Shown here piece after piece: positions 15,364 to 28,228 of a stretch of DNA of 64,000 nt (position 1 is its first letter; the number at the start of each line of letters is the position of its first letter). The DNA is from the human T2T-CHM13v2.0 reference genome, Homo sapiens. The notes beneath the pieces were generated by a model. It ran no database searches. It worked only from the letters and a program-made list of their open reading frames with translations, and was not told the DNA's origin. The stretch is from assembly GCF_009914755.1 (NCBI RefSeq), contig NC_060939.1. One strand, written 5' to 3'. Position numbers and translations under genes: made by a program.

Positions 15364-16627
15364 GTCTTGGTGGGAGTAGGGGTGGTGGTGGAGGGTAGAT
15401 GACTATGGGCATCTTGTGGATAAAGGCCAGGGAAGCTGCCAAACACCCTGCGGCTCCAACCACCAGGAATTATCCAGCCCCAAATGTCAGTGGGACCAGG
15501 ACTGTGAATCCCTGCCCAGACAGTGGAATTTTCAAAAAGCCCTTAGTTGTTGGGAACCAACTTCAGAACGGGGGGCTGTGGAGAGTAAACCAAAGTCAGT
15601 GGGACATTTTACTTGGCCTAGGCCTCTCAGAGAGAGACAAGAAGCCTCATGAAGGTTTACTAGTAAAGTTACTAGTAAAGGTTGCTATTCAAAAAAATCA
15701 TTTTTCTTAAAGGTAAGTTTGTTCACTGTAGAAATAACCAAGTAAGAGGAAAGGGAGAAATAAAGTCACCTGTGGACCCACCGCAAGAGATGCTCATGGT
15801 GCACATTTCGATGTGACTTTCTGTGTTTTAGACACACGTGCACACAACACAGGCACACATAGATATTTTATGCACCTAAGTAACAACCATTTTTTCAATG
15901 GCATCAAGTCCGGGAACTGGAGGGCCCCTTGGAGCTGGGTGGGTGGATGTGGGTGAGCGCATTTGGACAAGCTGAAGCAGAGCCCTGTTGACCTATGTGA
16001 GCAGCAGGTGGAACATTCGGGGATGGGGTCTGGGGTCTGGCAGGGAGATGAGGAGGAGGAGGGTAGGAGGCACGGAGACTGGCTCTGTGGGGGTCAAGGG
16101 AGGGCTGAGGGGAGGACCGCAGGTAGAGTCATCCCAGTAGAGGGACTAAGGAGAGCACATTATGTCTGAGGAACTTTACAGCAAAGTATGCAATGGAAAG
16201 CCTTCTCTATTTCCTCTACAAGAATGTCCAGTGTGCTTGGAATTCTTGTAGAAAACGTGTGTGTGGGAGGTGGATTTGGAGGGGTCGGGGAGGTCTGTGC
16301 TCCTCCCCATTGCGGGTTGGGGCAGAGTCCACCCTGCAATCAGGGACTGGATTATAGAGTGATGGATATATCTGCATGCATGAATATGTGTGTGTATTTA
16401 TTACTAATATGAGATTATATCCAGTCTGTTTTGTAGAGTGTTTTTCGCTTGACGATATATTGTGGATATCTTTCTATGACGTTAAATATGCCACTACATT
16501 GTTTTAAATAGTTACACAGTTGTCTATCAAAGGGATGTACTATCATTTAATGAATTCCTTAAATTTGAACATTTTTCATTTCGAAGTATTTATTCATAGG
16601 GCCAGTCTTTCTAGGTGTATCGTTTAC

Positions 16628-16730
16628 AGAGGGGGTTCTCAGCCTTGGCACCATTGACATTTTGGAGCAGAGAGTTCTTTGCTGTGGAGGAGGGGCTGAC
16701 CTGGGCCCTGTAGGGTGGTCGGCAGCTCAC
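16628..16730 (-). mobile_element. MER20 fragment
   Basis: TTCTCAGCCTTGGCACCATTGACATTTTGG...TTCTTTGCTGTGG. Confidence 0.6.
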
Positions 16731-18334
16731 ATCCTCATGGCCAACTGGGGACAGAGCTGCGATTCATACTCAGGCAAGGCCAATGTGCTCTCCAGGGCAC
16801 TTTGGCTCTTGGGGTGTGGCTGTAGGGCAGGTGCCACTAATGAAGTCCCCTGGGAACCCTCGCAGTGCCTGTTGAGTTGCTTGGTCTTTCCACCTGAGCT
16901 GGGGGGAGGCCTGACCAGTGCCCACCTGTGCTGGGAGTACTTGAGCTGGGGCAGCAGCAGAGGCTGCTGGTAAATCCTTGCTTGTTTTGCAGGCGGATGC
17001 AAGTGCCATTTGTTGATTTCTCAGCAAAATCCTCATCAGGTCAATATGTGCAGGCGGAACTCTGAAAAAATCACTGGCTGGCCTTGGGCTGCAATTCAGT
17101 CTGTTACTTTCTGTGAAACAGGTCTTTTAGAATCACAATGGGTTGGGGCTCCCTGGAAGCCCCTGTGAAATGCCCACTGAGCTGGGGAAGGCCTGGGCTG
17201 ACCTATGAGCTGTTTTATTGTCTTCCTTCCTACTGCACGTTGTGGCTCAGTAAGTATATACGTGGAAAGATCTGCCTGAACTTGGCTGACCCCAGGGCCT
17301 CGGCAGAAGAGAGGATTGCCCCTTGGCCCCAAGGCCTTAGCCCTGAGGTCACAGGACGGGGGCTACGAGACAGAGGTGGCCCTAGTGATTTCTAGTTTTG
17401 GGTTTGTAGCCGTGAACATTTTCCACACTCTGCAGCTTCTTTCAGTTTCTTTCTGACAGCCTGGGAAAGGAACTGTCAGACTTAGAGATCTGCTATGAAA
17501 GGGCTAGAGAGAAAATTCTAAGGAACCAGAAGTGGTTTTTCAATTTTGAAATAAAAATGTCAACTAATAAGAGTGAGAACTCATATATGCCCAAGGAAGG
17601 GCAGTAATGTAGACAAAAAAAAAAAAAAAGGAAGAAATGCTGTCAATATCTCACCCTCACCCTTTAGTGAGAGAGGGGTGATGTGTTCTGGAGTGTCCGT
17701 TAGGTTGTTTTTAAAAGAAAACCCCTGAGAGGCAATCTCTGTGTGAGTGGAGCTTCCCGAACAGCTACAAGCTTCTTGAAATCTCATCACATCACAGGGG
17801 TCTGAATTTAGGAGTTTATCCAACTGGGCCCATGGAGAAGTTTGTGGAGGATCGTGGAGAAAGTAGCAGGTAGGGAAGAGAGTCTAAGAGTCTTCAGGTG
17901 ACGGGCACCAACCTGGCCCTTGCGCTGCTGCTGTTTGATTAAATGTTACTCCGGCAGCAGGCAGCGGGGTTGGAATGAAGCAGGGAATTTGGAGTCAGGG
18001 CATCTGGGTTCCCCCTCCCCACAGTTTCTAATTGTGCGGTGAGGGCAAGGCCCTCAGTTTCTCTGAGTTTGTTTCTCATCTATAAAATGAGTACCGCCAC
18101 ACAGATATGAAAAAGAAATTAAATAATGCTCCTCAAGCTTCTGGCTGTGTTATGCAGGAGGAAGGTTATGCTCAGAGTGGTTGGAAACTTGGACCCACTT
18201 TCAAGATAAGTGATAGAAGAATCTGGATGAATCAAGACCAGGAGGAGGGTTGGGGCCCTGTGTGGGGAATTGCTAAGGTAGCCAGGCTTGGAGGCCCAGG
18301 GTCCACTGCTAGCCTTGTATGCCGCTTATTCATT

Positions 18335-18986
<652 letters not shown>

Positions 18987-19619
18987 TGTATGCCCCTTAC
19001 TAATGTGATCATTCACTTATTATTGATTACTGACCTGTGTACAAAGAAATAATAATTGGAGGTGGCTAACAATAAAAGGAAGAAAGACAGTAAAATGATA
19101 AAGAAGCAAAGATAAGAGAACAAGAACCAAATGGTAATAAGGACAACTATCACAGTTCTTAACTAAGGACAGCAGAAGCAACTTAGCAAAAACATCAAAC
19201 TCTGAACTCTCAGGAGTCAAGACAAAAGGGATATGTAGCACGTCACTTCTGCTCGGGGATTTTTGTGGTATTTTTGGCCACCCAACATCTGGAGCCTTTT
19301 TCTCTGGGAATTTTCCTCCCTCCATAGAAGCAGAAATGGCTGATACTTGTTCTTGGCCTCCCTTGCATCCAGGGAGCAGAAAAACAGCAGATATACCATC
19401 CACAGACAAGTGGGATTGGGGATGGCCTATGGGAAATGCTCTCTGGTGTATGGCTGTGATAATTGCATAGTTATGGGGGTGCTGGTGGTGGCAAGAGGTG
19501 GCCCATGCTGGTGGGGCTGGTGATAGAAGCCGTCTGCACTGGCTGCTATGGTGTGCTGTCCCCTGCACTGCTGTGTGTCAGGACTGGGGTGTTAATCTAT
19601 TCAATCCATATACATAAGA

Positions 19620-20050
19620 ATTTTTTTCTAACAAGTTTTAATTTTTGAATAATTTAAAATTTACAATGAAATGAAAAGAATAGCACAATGAACATCATAT
19701 TTGCCTTTATCCAGATTTAATGATTTGTTAACATTTTTCCATGCTTGCAGGCACAAGCCCTGTCTCCACACACACGCGTATGCACACACACACATATTTG
19801 CTGAACTATTTGAAACTGAGATGCCCACATCATGATCCTTTACCTCTGAATCCTTCAGCATGATCTCCTAAGAATGAAAACGTTCTCCATCTTCGTAATT
19901 CCATTGTCACCTTAGGAAAATGAACAATTTTATAATACGTAATATCCAGTCCTTATTCAAATTTGTACACTTTCCAAAAATGCCTCATGTCTTTTAGTCT
20001 CTTGAAATCTAGAACAGTCCCTCTCCCTTCCCAGTCATTGTCTGTATTTG
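19620..20050 (-). mobile_element. Ancient L1M 3' fragment
   Basis: AATAATTTAAAATTTACA...AATAGCACAATGAAC...GTTAACATTTT...CATCATG..CCTTTACCTCT pattern of L1MC/MD 3' UTR. Confidence 0.55.
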
Positions 20051-20569
20051 ACACACTTTTCAAATGCTTTTAATTTCAGATACTTTAAATAAATTTATTT
20101 TCTGCTCAAATCAACTCTAGTCTCTTCTGTCACTTACAAATCTGGCCTCGTGCACACAGCTCCTCTTACCGAAGGAGCATTTCCACTACAGTCATAGGAA
20201 GATTAACTTTCCCTTGCTCAAAAAGGAGTAGCAGTTCCAACAATGGGCTCTGCAGTCAGACCGCCTGGCTTGGAATTGAATCCCCCTGCTAACCAGCTGG
20301 GGGAGGGCAAGCTACTTAACCATGATGAGGATCAGCTTCCAGAATTGTGAAGCTGCATAATAATAATGGTCTCTATTGCGTAGAGTTGTTGAGAGGCTTA
20401 AACGAATTCACAGGTGTAAAGGGCTTAGACCCGTCACCCAGATGCACTGTAAGTGTGGTGTAAGGGTTTACTGTAATGATGCAACCTCTTCCTGGTACAT
20501 TCTCCCAATTCTTTGCTTCCTAGGCAACTTGTTTTCTTGGAAAATAGACCCAGCGGAAGACCCTACTCA

Positions 20570-20977
<408 letters not shown>

Positions 20978-21636
20978 AAGGAGAAGCAAGTACATTGTAC
21001 TTAGAAACAACTTTTCCTGTCTTTAATCACATCAGTAGCTCTCATGCACTTAGTGCCCACCTTGGGCCAGACGCTGTGTACATATCATCTTATTCCTCCT
21101 CATAAGGGCTGTGGGGACATTATTATTGCCATTCTACACATGTGAAAACTGAGGCTCAGAAGTAAAGTCACTTGGTCAAGTTCAAGCAATCACTAAGTAA
21201 CAGCACCAAAGTTAGAACTTCAATCTGCCTGCCAAGCAAAGCGCTTTCCAGTAAACCGTGTTGACTGGATCCCCAGGTGTGGTGGGTTCTAGTGTTTTTG
21301 GCAAATCGCCCCCCAAATCGCCCATTAATAAGCATCAGTGTGGAAGGGCCTTTTCTCCGTGGACAGGAAAACTGAGACCCAACCAGCTGTCATTGCGGCA
21401 ATATCTGCTCTCCTTTTAGAAAGAGATGGGACAGGCTATTCTCAGGAAGACACTTAGCTGGCTTCTTCCGCTGCATCAACTCAAATCTGCCACTTTGGAA
21501 AATCAAGTTGAATAGGAATTGGGAGGGATTGCTGCTGCCTGGGGACCCAGAGCACCTCACACATAAACTCGGGTTTGCAGGGAGATGGCTGAATAAAGAA
21601 GAGAGGCGAGATTTTAACCTTTTGTGCAGCCAGATC

Positions 21637-21929
<293 letters not shown>

Positions 21930-22624
21930 TTGTGCAGCCAGATCTTTAGGCCATGCATGTGGCCTGATTCAGCGAGAAACGGGATGACATGAACTGAGGA
22001 TGAGGGCGGCTGAGCGAGCCAGTTCTTCATAGTCACATTCGGTTTAGCAGCTGATCATGACTTGCAGGTTTCATATCTGAAGATGATTTTCACTTTACCC
22101 AGTATTTTCCACCGGAAAAATTAGGGGAACAAAACCCAAAAGCTTTTACTACAGAATATTTTTGTTTCTTTTTAAAAATGGGATCTAATGAGTAATACGT
22201 GATCTCGTGATGTTATTAGAAGGTAGGTAACTGGAAGTAGTAGAGGCATTCACAGTCAACCTTTCGGAATATTGCAAGCTTATTTTTTACAAGCAAAATT
22301 ATTTTCTGCAAAATCCATTTCATGTGAATACTTAAAATAGAAGCCAATAATAGTTGGGATCCCCTGGATCCCCACCCTGGATCTCACATCGCATTTAGAT
22401 GTCACGTCTCCTCAGCCTCCTCTTGGCTCTGGGTAATCTGAGCACCGAGGCTGGAGCCCTGCTCACTGCCTGCTTCCTCCCGAAGCCTCTAACTTTCTTC
22501 TTGGAACCTCACAGCTTTGTGGAACACTGTTCGAGAGCCCCTGATATACTCCAACACCTATTTACTAAAAATGCAGATGTGAAACGAGTCATTTCAGCTT
22601 ACATTTAGAAAACAGTCTCTTTCA

Positions 22625-22947
22625 GGTTGGCGCAGTGGCTCACGCCTGTAATCCCAGCACTTTGGGAGGCCGAGGCAGGCGGATCACCTGAGGTCCGGAG
22701 TTAGAAACCAGCCTGACCAACGTGGAGAAACCCCGTCTCTAATAAAAATACAAAATTAGCTGGGCGTGGAGGTGCATGCCTGTAATCCCAGCTACTCAGG
22801 AGGCTGAGGCAGGAGAATCGCTTGAACCCAGGAGGTGGAGGTTGCAGTGAGCGGAGATCACGCCATTGCAATCTGGGCAACAAGAGCGAAGCTCTGTCTC
22901 AAAAAAAAAAAAAAAAAAAAAAAGAAAGAAAAAAGAAAAAAAAAGAA
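22625..22947 (+). mobile_element. AluSp SINE
   Basis: CCTGACCAAC(G)TGGAGAAACC and GCAACAAGAGCGAA diagnostics; perfect TSD AGAAAACAGTCTCTTTCA. Confidence 0.93.
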
Positions 22948-22974
22948 AGAAAACAGTCTCTTTCAAACCTCCCG

Positions 22975-23690
22975 GTGAGAAGAAATCCAAATAATTCATG
23001 TCAATATTCCGCCCTCGAGGAGGTGGAGCGTAACTCCTCTCTCCTTTCATGTGGGCTGTACATCGGGACTTCCATCCAGAGAGTACAGTGTGGAAGGAGG
23101 AACTCCAAAGGAGTACGGTGGAGACACCTGACAAACACCACCTCAATCAGGTGGTCAAGGTTAAGAGCAACGAACCATGCTAACTGTACATGCCCTGATA
23201 CGATGGGATGGGAATGGCTCTTCATCTCTGAGGTCTTCCTCCCTAAATCCCTCGCCCAAGTCTAATCACCAGGAAAACATCAGAGCAATCCCGATGAAGG
23301 GAGAGTCTGCAGAATGCCTGATCAATACCTCTCACATTTGAAAAGCCATCAAAACCAAAGACACTCTGGGAAGCCGTCAGGGCCAAGAGGAGCTGAAGGA
23401 GGCAATGCCTAAATGTGATGTGGTGTCCAGGGTGGTATCCTGCAAGAGTGGAGGGACATTGGTAGAAACTAAGGCTATCTGAATAAAGTATGGATGTTAG
23501 TTAATAATAACAATAATACATTGCTATTGGTTCATTAATTGTAATGAATGTACCATACTAACAGAAGATATTATTAGCAGGGGAAAATTGCTTGAGGTTT
23601 ATGGGTATATGGGAACTCTCTGTACTATTGTGGCAGTTTTTCTGTAAATCCAAACCATTCTAAAATTAAAAGTTACTTTTGAAAAAAAAA
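22975..23690 (+). mobile_element. L1MC/L1MD-type 3' UTR
   Basis: CCTGACAAACACCAC...TCTGAATAAAGTATGG..TTAGTTAATAAT...GGGAACTCTCTGTACTAT...TCTGTAAATC ending in an A-rich tail. Confidence 0.75.
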
Positions 23691-24279
23691 AGGTTTATTC
23701 CATTACCTAATAATTTGTGGTGTAGGAAAAGTTTTTTTTTTTTTTTTTTTTTTTTAATTCAGACTAGTCCTTTCTGGTCATACATGGAGGCTAAAGGGGT
23801 TTAAAATACTCTGATGGGAGTCTAGACATTAACTTATACAATCCATATTTCTCACTTCACCAGCTTGGGGTACAGAATAAGGTCATATCTTTTAAAATAC
23901 GCATAATGCTAGACTCCCATTTGCCTTAGGCTAACTGGAGAACGTTATTTTTCCATGCCCTTGGCTCCTGGTGGCATGGTGCTGTCCTCCCGAGACAAGT
24001 GCAGTGTGGCCCAGTGAGTACTGTCACCATCGCCGTCATCGTGGGCCTGCAAGAGCGGAGAAGCCAGCCAGCCCTCCCCATGGCAGCTGTGCAGCTTGGC
24101 TTCAGGCCTGGTGCTTGATGGCCTGCGATCCTTCAGTTACTCACCTCTCCAGGCCATGAACACAGCCATTTCTCAGGGGTCAGGGTGGCTAGGTCAGGAA
24201 ATCTCCCCAGCCATAGCCATTTGAAGTCCTTGGGGAATTCAGAGTGAAAACATTGTTGTCCTTTCCCTCACTTTGAAAC

Positions 24280-24730
24280 TTTCATGCGCGTCGGAGTGAA
24301 GAGACCACCAAACAGGCTTTGTGTGAGCAATAAAGCTTTTAATCACCTGGCTGCAGGCGGGCTGAGTCCAAAAACAGAGTCAGCGAAGGGAGATAAGGGT
24401 GGGGCGGTTTTATAGGATTTGGGGAGATAAAGGAAAATTACAGTCAAAGGGGATTTGTTCTCAGGTGGGCAGGAGTGGGGGTCTCAAGGTGCTCAGTGGG
24501 GGAGCTTTTTGAGCCAGGATGAGCCAGGAAAAGGACTTTCACAAGGTAATGTCATCAGTTAAGGCAAGGACCGGCCATTTTCACGTCTTTTGTGGTGGAA
24601 TGTCATCAGTTAAGGTGGGGCAGGGCATTTTCACTTCTTCTGTGATTCTTCAGTTACTTCAGGCCATCTGGGCATATACGTGCAAGTCACAGGGGATGCG
24701 ATGGCTTGACTTGGGCTCAGAGGCCTGACA
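24280..24730 (-). mobile_element. LTR7 (HERV-H) solo LTR, full length
   Basis: Minus strand starts TGTCAGGCCTCTGAGCCCAAG and ends GACGCGCATGAAA; TATA (CTATAAAA, + 24408-24415); U3 repeat AATGTCATCAGTTAAGG x2; 5-bp TSD GAAAC/CAAAC. Confidence 0.95.
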
Positions 24731-25009
24731 CAAACCTGTTGATTTCCTGGCCCAGCTTGAGTGATATTTCTCCTCTCTCCATCCCCAAGGGGACACATCA
24801 CTTGATTTCCTGGCTACTTTTGCTCTGTTGTGGGTGAAGAAAGCCACTGCGACTGCATGACTGTGACTTAGATGGAGAGGGGAGGATCAATCTCTTTTTA
24901 ATAGACAGAAGAGGGAGTGAGCTGGAGAGGCAGGCAGCGAGAGGGAGGCAGTTCTTTCACTGGTAGGGAAAGGACTTGTGTCCTGGGCCTGGATCACCCA
25001 GCTCTGTGA

Positions 25010-25414
<405 letters not shown>

Positions 25415-26039
25415 GTGAAGTGTGTTTTCTGTTCCATCTAGCAGTGTATCCAGGAGCCAAAGCTGGAGCCTGGGCTCTGGCACCCCCTCACCCCCACCCC
25501 TCACCCCTACTCCCACCCGAAGCAGTGGTGCTCATCCCCGTGCCACAAGCTCAGCCTCAGTCATGGGTGGGGAGAGAAAAGCCTTGCTCTGACCCCAGCT
25601 TAACCCTGGCCCCCATTCAGACGTATTGTTGCTATTGTTTTCTGGGGTTTGCTTCACCGGAATACTGCCCCTTCATGTTCTAAGATCCTTCCCAAGGAAT
25701 ACGCAAGTCCCTCCCCCACCACAGTGCACATTCACTAGATAGGGGAGACTTTACTTTTTTTGCTTGCAAAATCCAAGTCCTTTCACGTTTCCTCTCCAAA
25801 GTGATGAAAAGGAATTCGGCTGCCAGGACAAGTCACAAGGAAGATGAAAGCAGCTTTCCTGAGGTTCAATTCTTCCAGAAACAATCTTCCTCTTCCCTCT
25901 TCCCCCAACTCCTCCCCAACTTTCAATGCACCCAAGTGTATATTGTTTTTAAATGTCAAAGGGAAAAAAAAAAGAAAAAGAGAGTGAGAGAAAACCCATT
26001 TGCTCCTGAATGTCACATTCTGCTGAGGGAGAAAAGGCA

Positions 26040-26594
26040 GAAAGAACAAGTGTTGGAATTAAAGAGAAGCAGATTTTTTGTCTCCTTTGCCTTATTCAGG
26101 TCTTCGGGCCGGCCCCCTTTGCTCTCTCCTCTTCCTCGTTTCCCTCCCCTAGGCCGCATTGAAATGTCAAACACGGCAGTTTGCAGCTGAAAGGGGGTCC
26201 CTGGTGGGAACAGCCTGCCCTTCTAACCTGCAGGACCGAGCTGTTCCCTGCTCGCCCTTGTGTTTGCTTTTCCCCTTTCTTCCTCGCCGGCTAACGCCAG
26301 CAGCTGTTGTTTGGGACGGAGGAGGCGAAGGGGGAGGGAAAGCCTTTCCACCTGGGCGTGTGAAGGAGGCGCGTTACAAACAACGCTGGGCCCCTTCTTT
26401 CCCTCGAGTTTTTCCAACCTCCGGTTGACACAGAGATTGTCCCCTGGGGCCTTTTCACTTTCCGCCTGGGAAGAGAAAGGCCGGGGAAAGGAGCTCCCTG
26501 TACCCAGAGTGCCTGCCTCTGCCTGGGTCTCCTCTCTCCCCTTTCGGGGATTCTGTCCAGGCACGTTGGAGGTCAAGACAAAGCGGTGCCAACG
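26040..26594. promoter_or_regulatory. CpG-enriched non-repeat segment, promoter/enhancer-like
   Basis: About two dozen CpGs in ~0.5 kb by hand count, in a CpG-poor background; TGTCAAACA and CAGCTG motifs. Confidence 0.45.
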
Positions 26595-26900
<306 letters not shown>

Positions 26901-27283
26901 GCGAGCGGAAGTAGAAGCGTTTTCCAACGCCCAGAGTTGGTGAAGGTCTAGGGAGAGGATGTTTCCCTATATTGCTGGCGAAGGGGGACATTGGTCCAGC
27001 CTTTCCAGAGGGCTTCTTGGTAACATCAATCAACACCCTTCGAAAAAGTGCAAATGCTCAATTCAGCAATTCCAGGTCTAGGGATTTTCTCCTAAGAAAT
27101 AATTAGGCAAAGAGCCAAGAGTTATGCACAAGGATGTGTGCCTCAGGAGTGTTTATAATACAGCTCAATTGGAAACACTTTTCTCTCTGTCCAGGATTAA
27201 AAAAATGAAGGCATGTTATCTCATGGAATAGTATAGGGTCATTGTAAATGATGATGTAGATTTATATTTGTGTATGGTAAATG

Positions 27284-27796
27284 TGTTACAGGAAAGGGTC
27301 CCGATCCGAACCCCAAGAGAGGGTTCTTGGATCTCGCCGAGAAAGAATTCAGGGCCAGTCTGCGGTGAAAAGCAAAACCAAGTTTATGAAGAGAGTAAAG
27401 CAGTGAAAGAACAGCTACTCCATAGACAGAGTAGGACGTTCCTGAAACTAAGAGGAGGAACGTGTCCATCCTAGGTAAAACGGTTCTATATGTGGGGAGA
27501 TGTTCTCTGCTACAAGGGTTCGTGATGAAGGATTAATTTTCTTAATTACAATATTTTGCAAGAATCGATATTATCTTTAAAGCAAAATTAGGAATGTTTT
27601 TGTTCTCCAGATATCAAGATATCTGCATGCTCCCAAATCTGGGTCTGTTTAGTAAACATTATTAATTTGTTCCCTTAACTGTAAACATTTAGAGGCTAGG
27701 AATGCCTAATTTTCTGAGTGCAGCCCGGCAAGTTCCAGCCTTATTTTCCTGGCTCTCACTCAAAATGGAGTGGCTGTGGTTTGAACGCCTCTGACA
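27284..27796 (-). mobile_element. MER41-family ERV1 solo LTR
   Basis: Minus strand starts TGTCAGAGGCGTTCAAACC and ends GGACCCTTTCCTGTAACA; 4-bp TSD AATG. Confidence 0.88.
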
Positions 27797-27804
27797 AATG
27801 CACC

Positions 27805-28228
27805 TGTTAGCAATAACGTAGGCACACACTGAGAATGGCCTTGTATGGCAGACACACCTGAATGTGTGTTCTGAGCTAGGGAATCCGGGAGTGGGAAACA
27901 CGGAGACTCATTTTTTGTCTATGAGGAACATCTGAGCCTCTGGCCCGTCCCATAAAACATAGGCCATACAGAAGACTGTGGCTCCGAGTTTTGGGTTGCA
28001 TGAAGGTTGCCAGGAGGAGGCTGTTGGGAGGGAAGGTACTAAAGGAAACTGCTACATAAACTGCATGCCTTTTGCAATCGGTTACAGTTCTCCTGTCCAG
28101 CCCACCAGCACTGGACTCCCTCCTCTGCAGGTAAGCCCCCATGCCTCGTTTTCTGGCTCTGAGTCTTTTCTTCAGCCTCTTGAATCTGGTGCCTTCCCCA
28201 CTGGAGTCAATAGGGGTTTGGCATGATA
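27805..28228 (+). mobile_element. LTR47-like ERVL solo LTR
   Basis: TATGGCAGACACACCTGAATGTGTGTTCTGAGCTAGGGAATCCGGGAGTG...CCCACTGGAGTCAATAGGGGTTTGGCA match recalled LTR47. Confidence 0.65.

Noticed and set aside
19020-19568. 182-aa minus-strand ORF
   Set aside because: Overlaps probable decayed LTR-like and low-complexity sequence; no protein-family features
24519-24847. ORFs MSQEKDFHKV... and MAFFTHNR...
   Set aside because: Lie within or across the LTR7; no gag/pol/env sequence is present (solo LTR)
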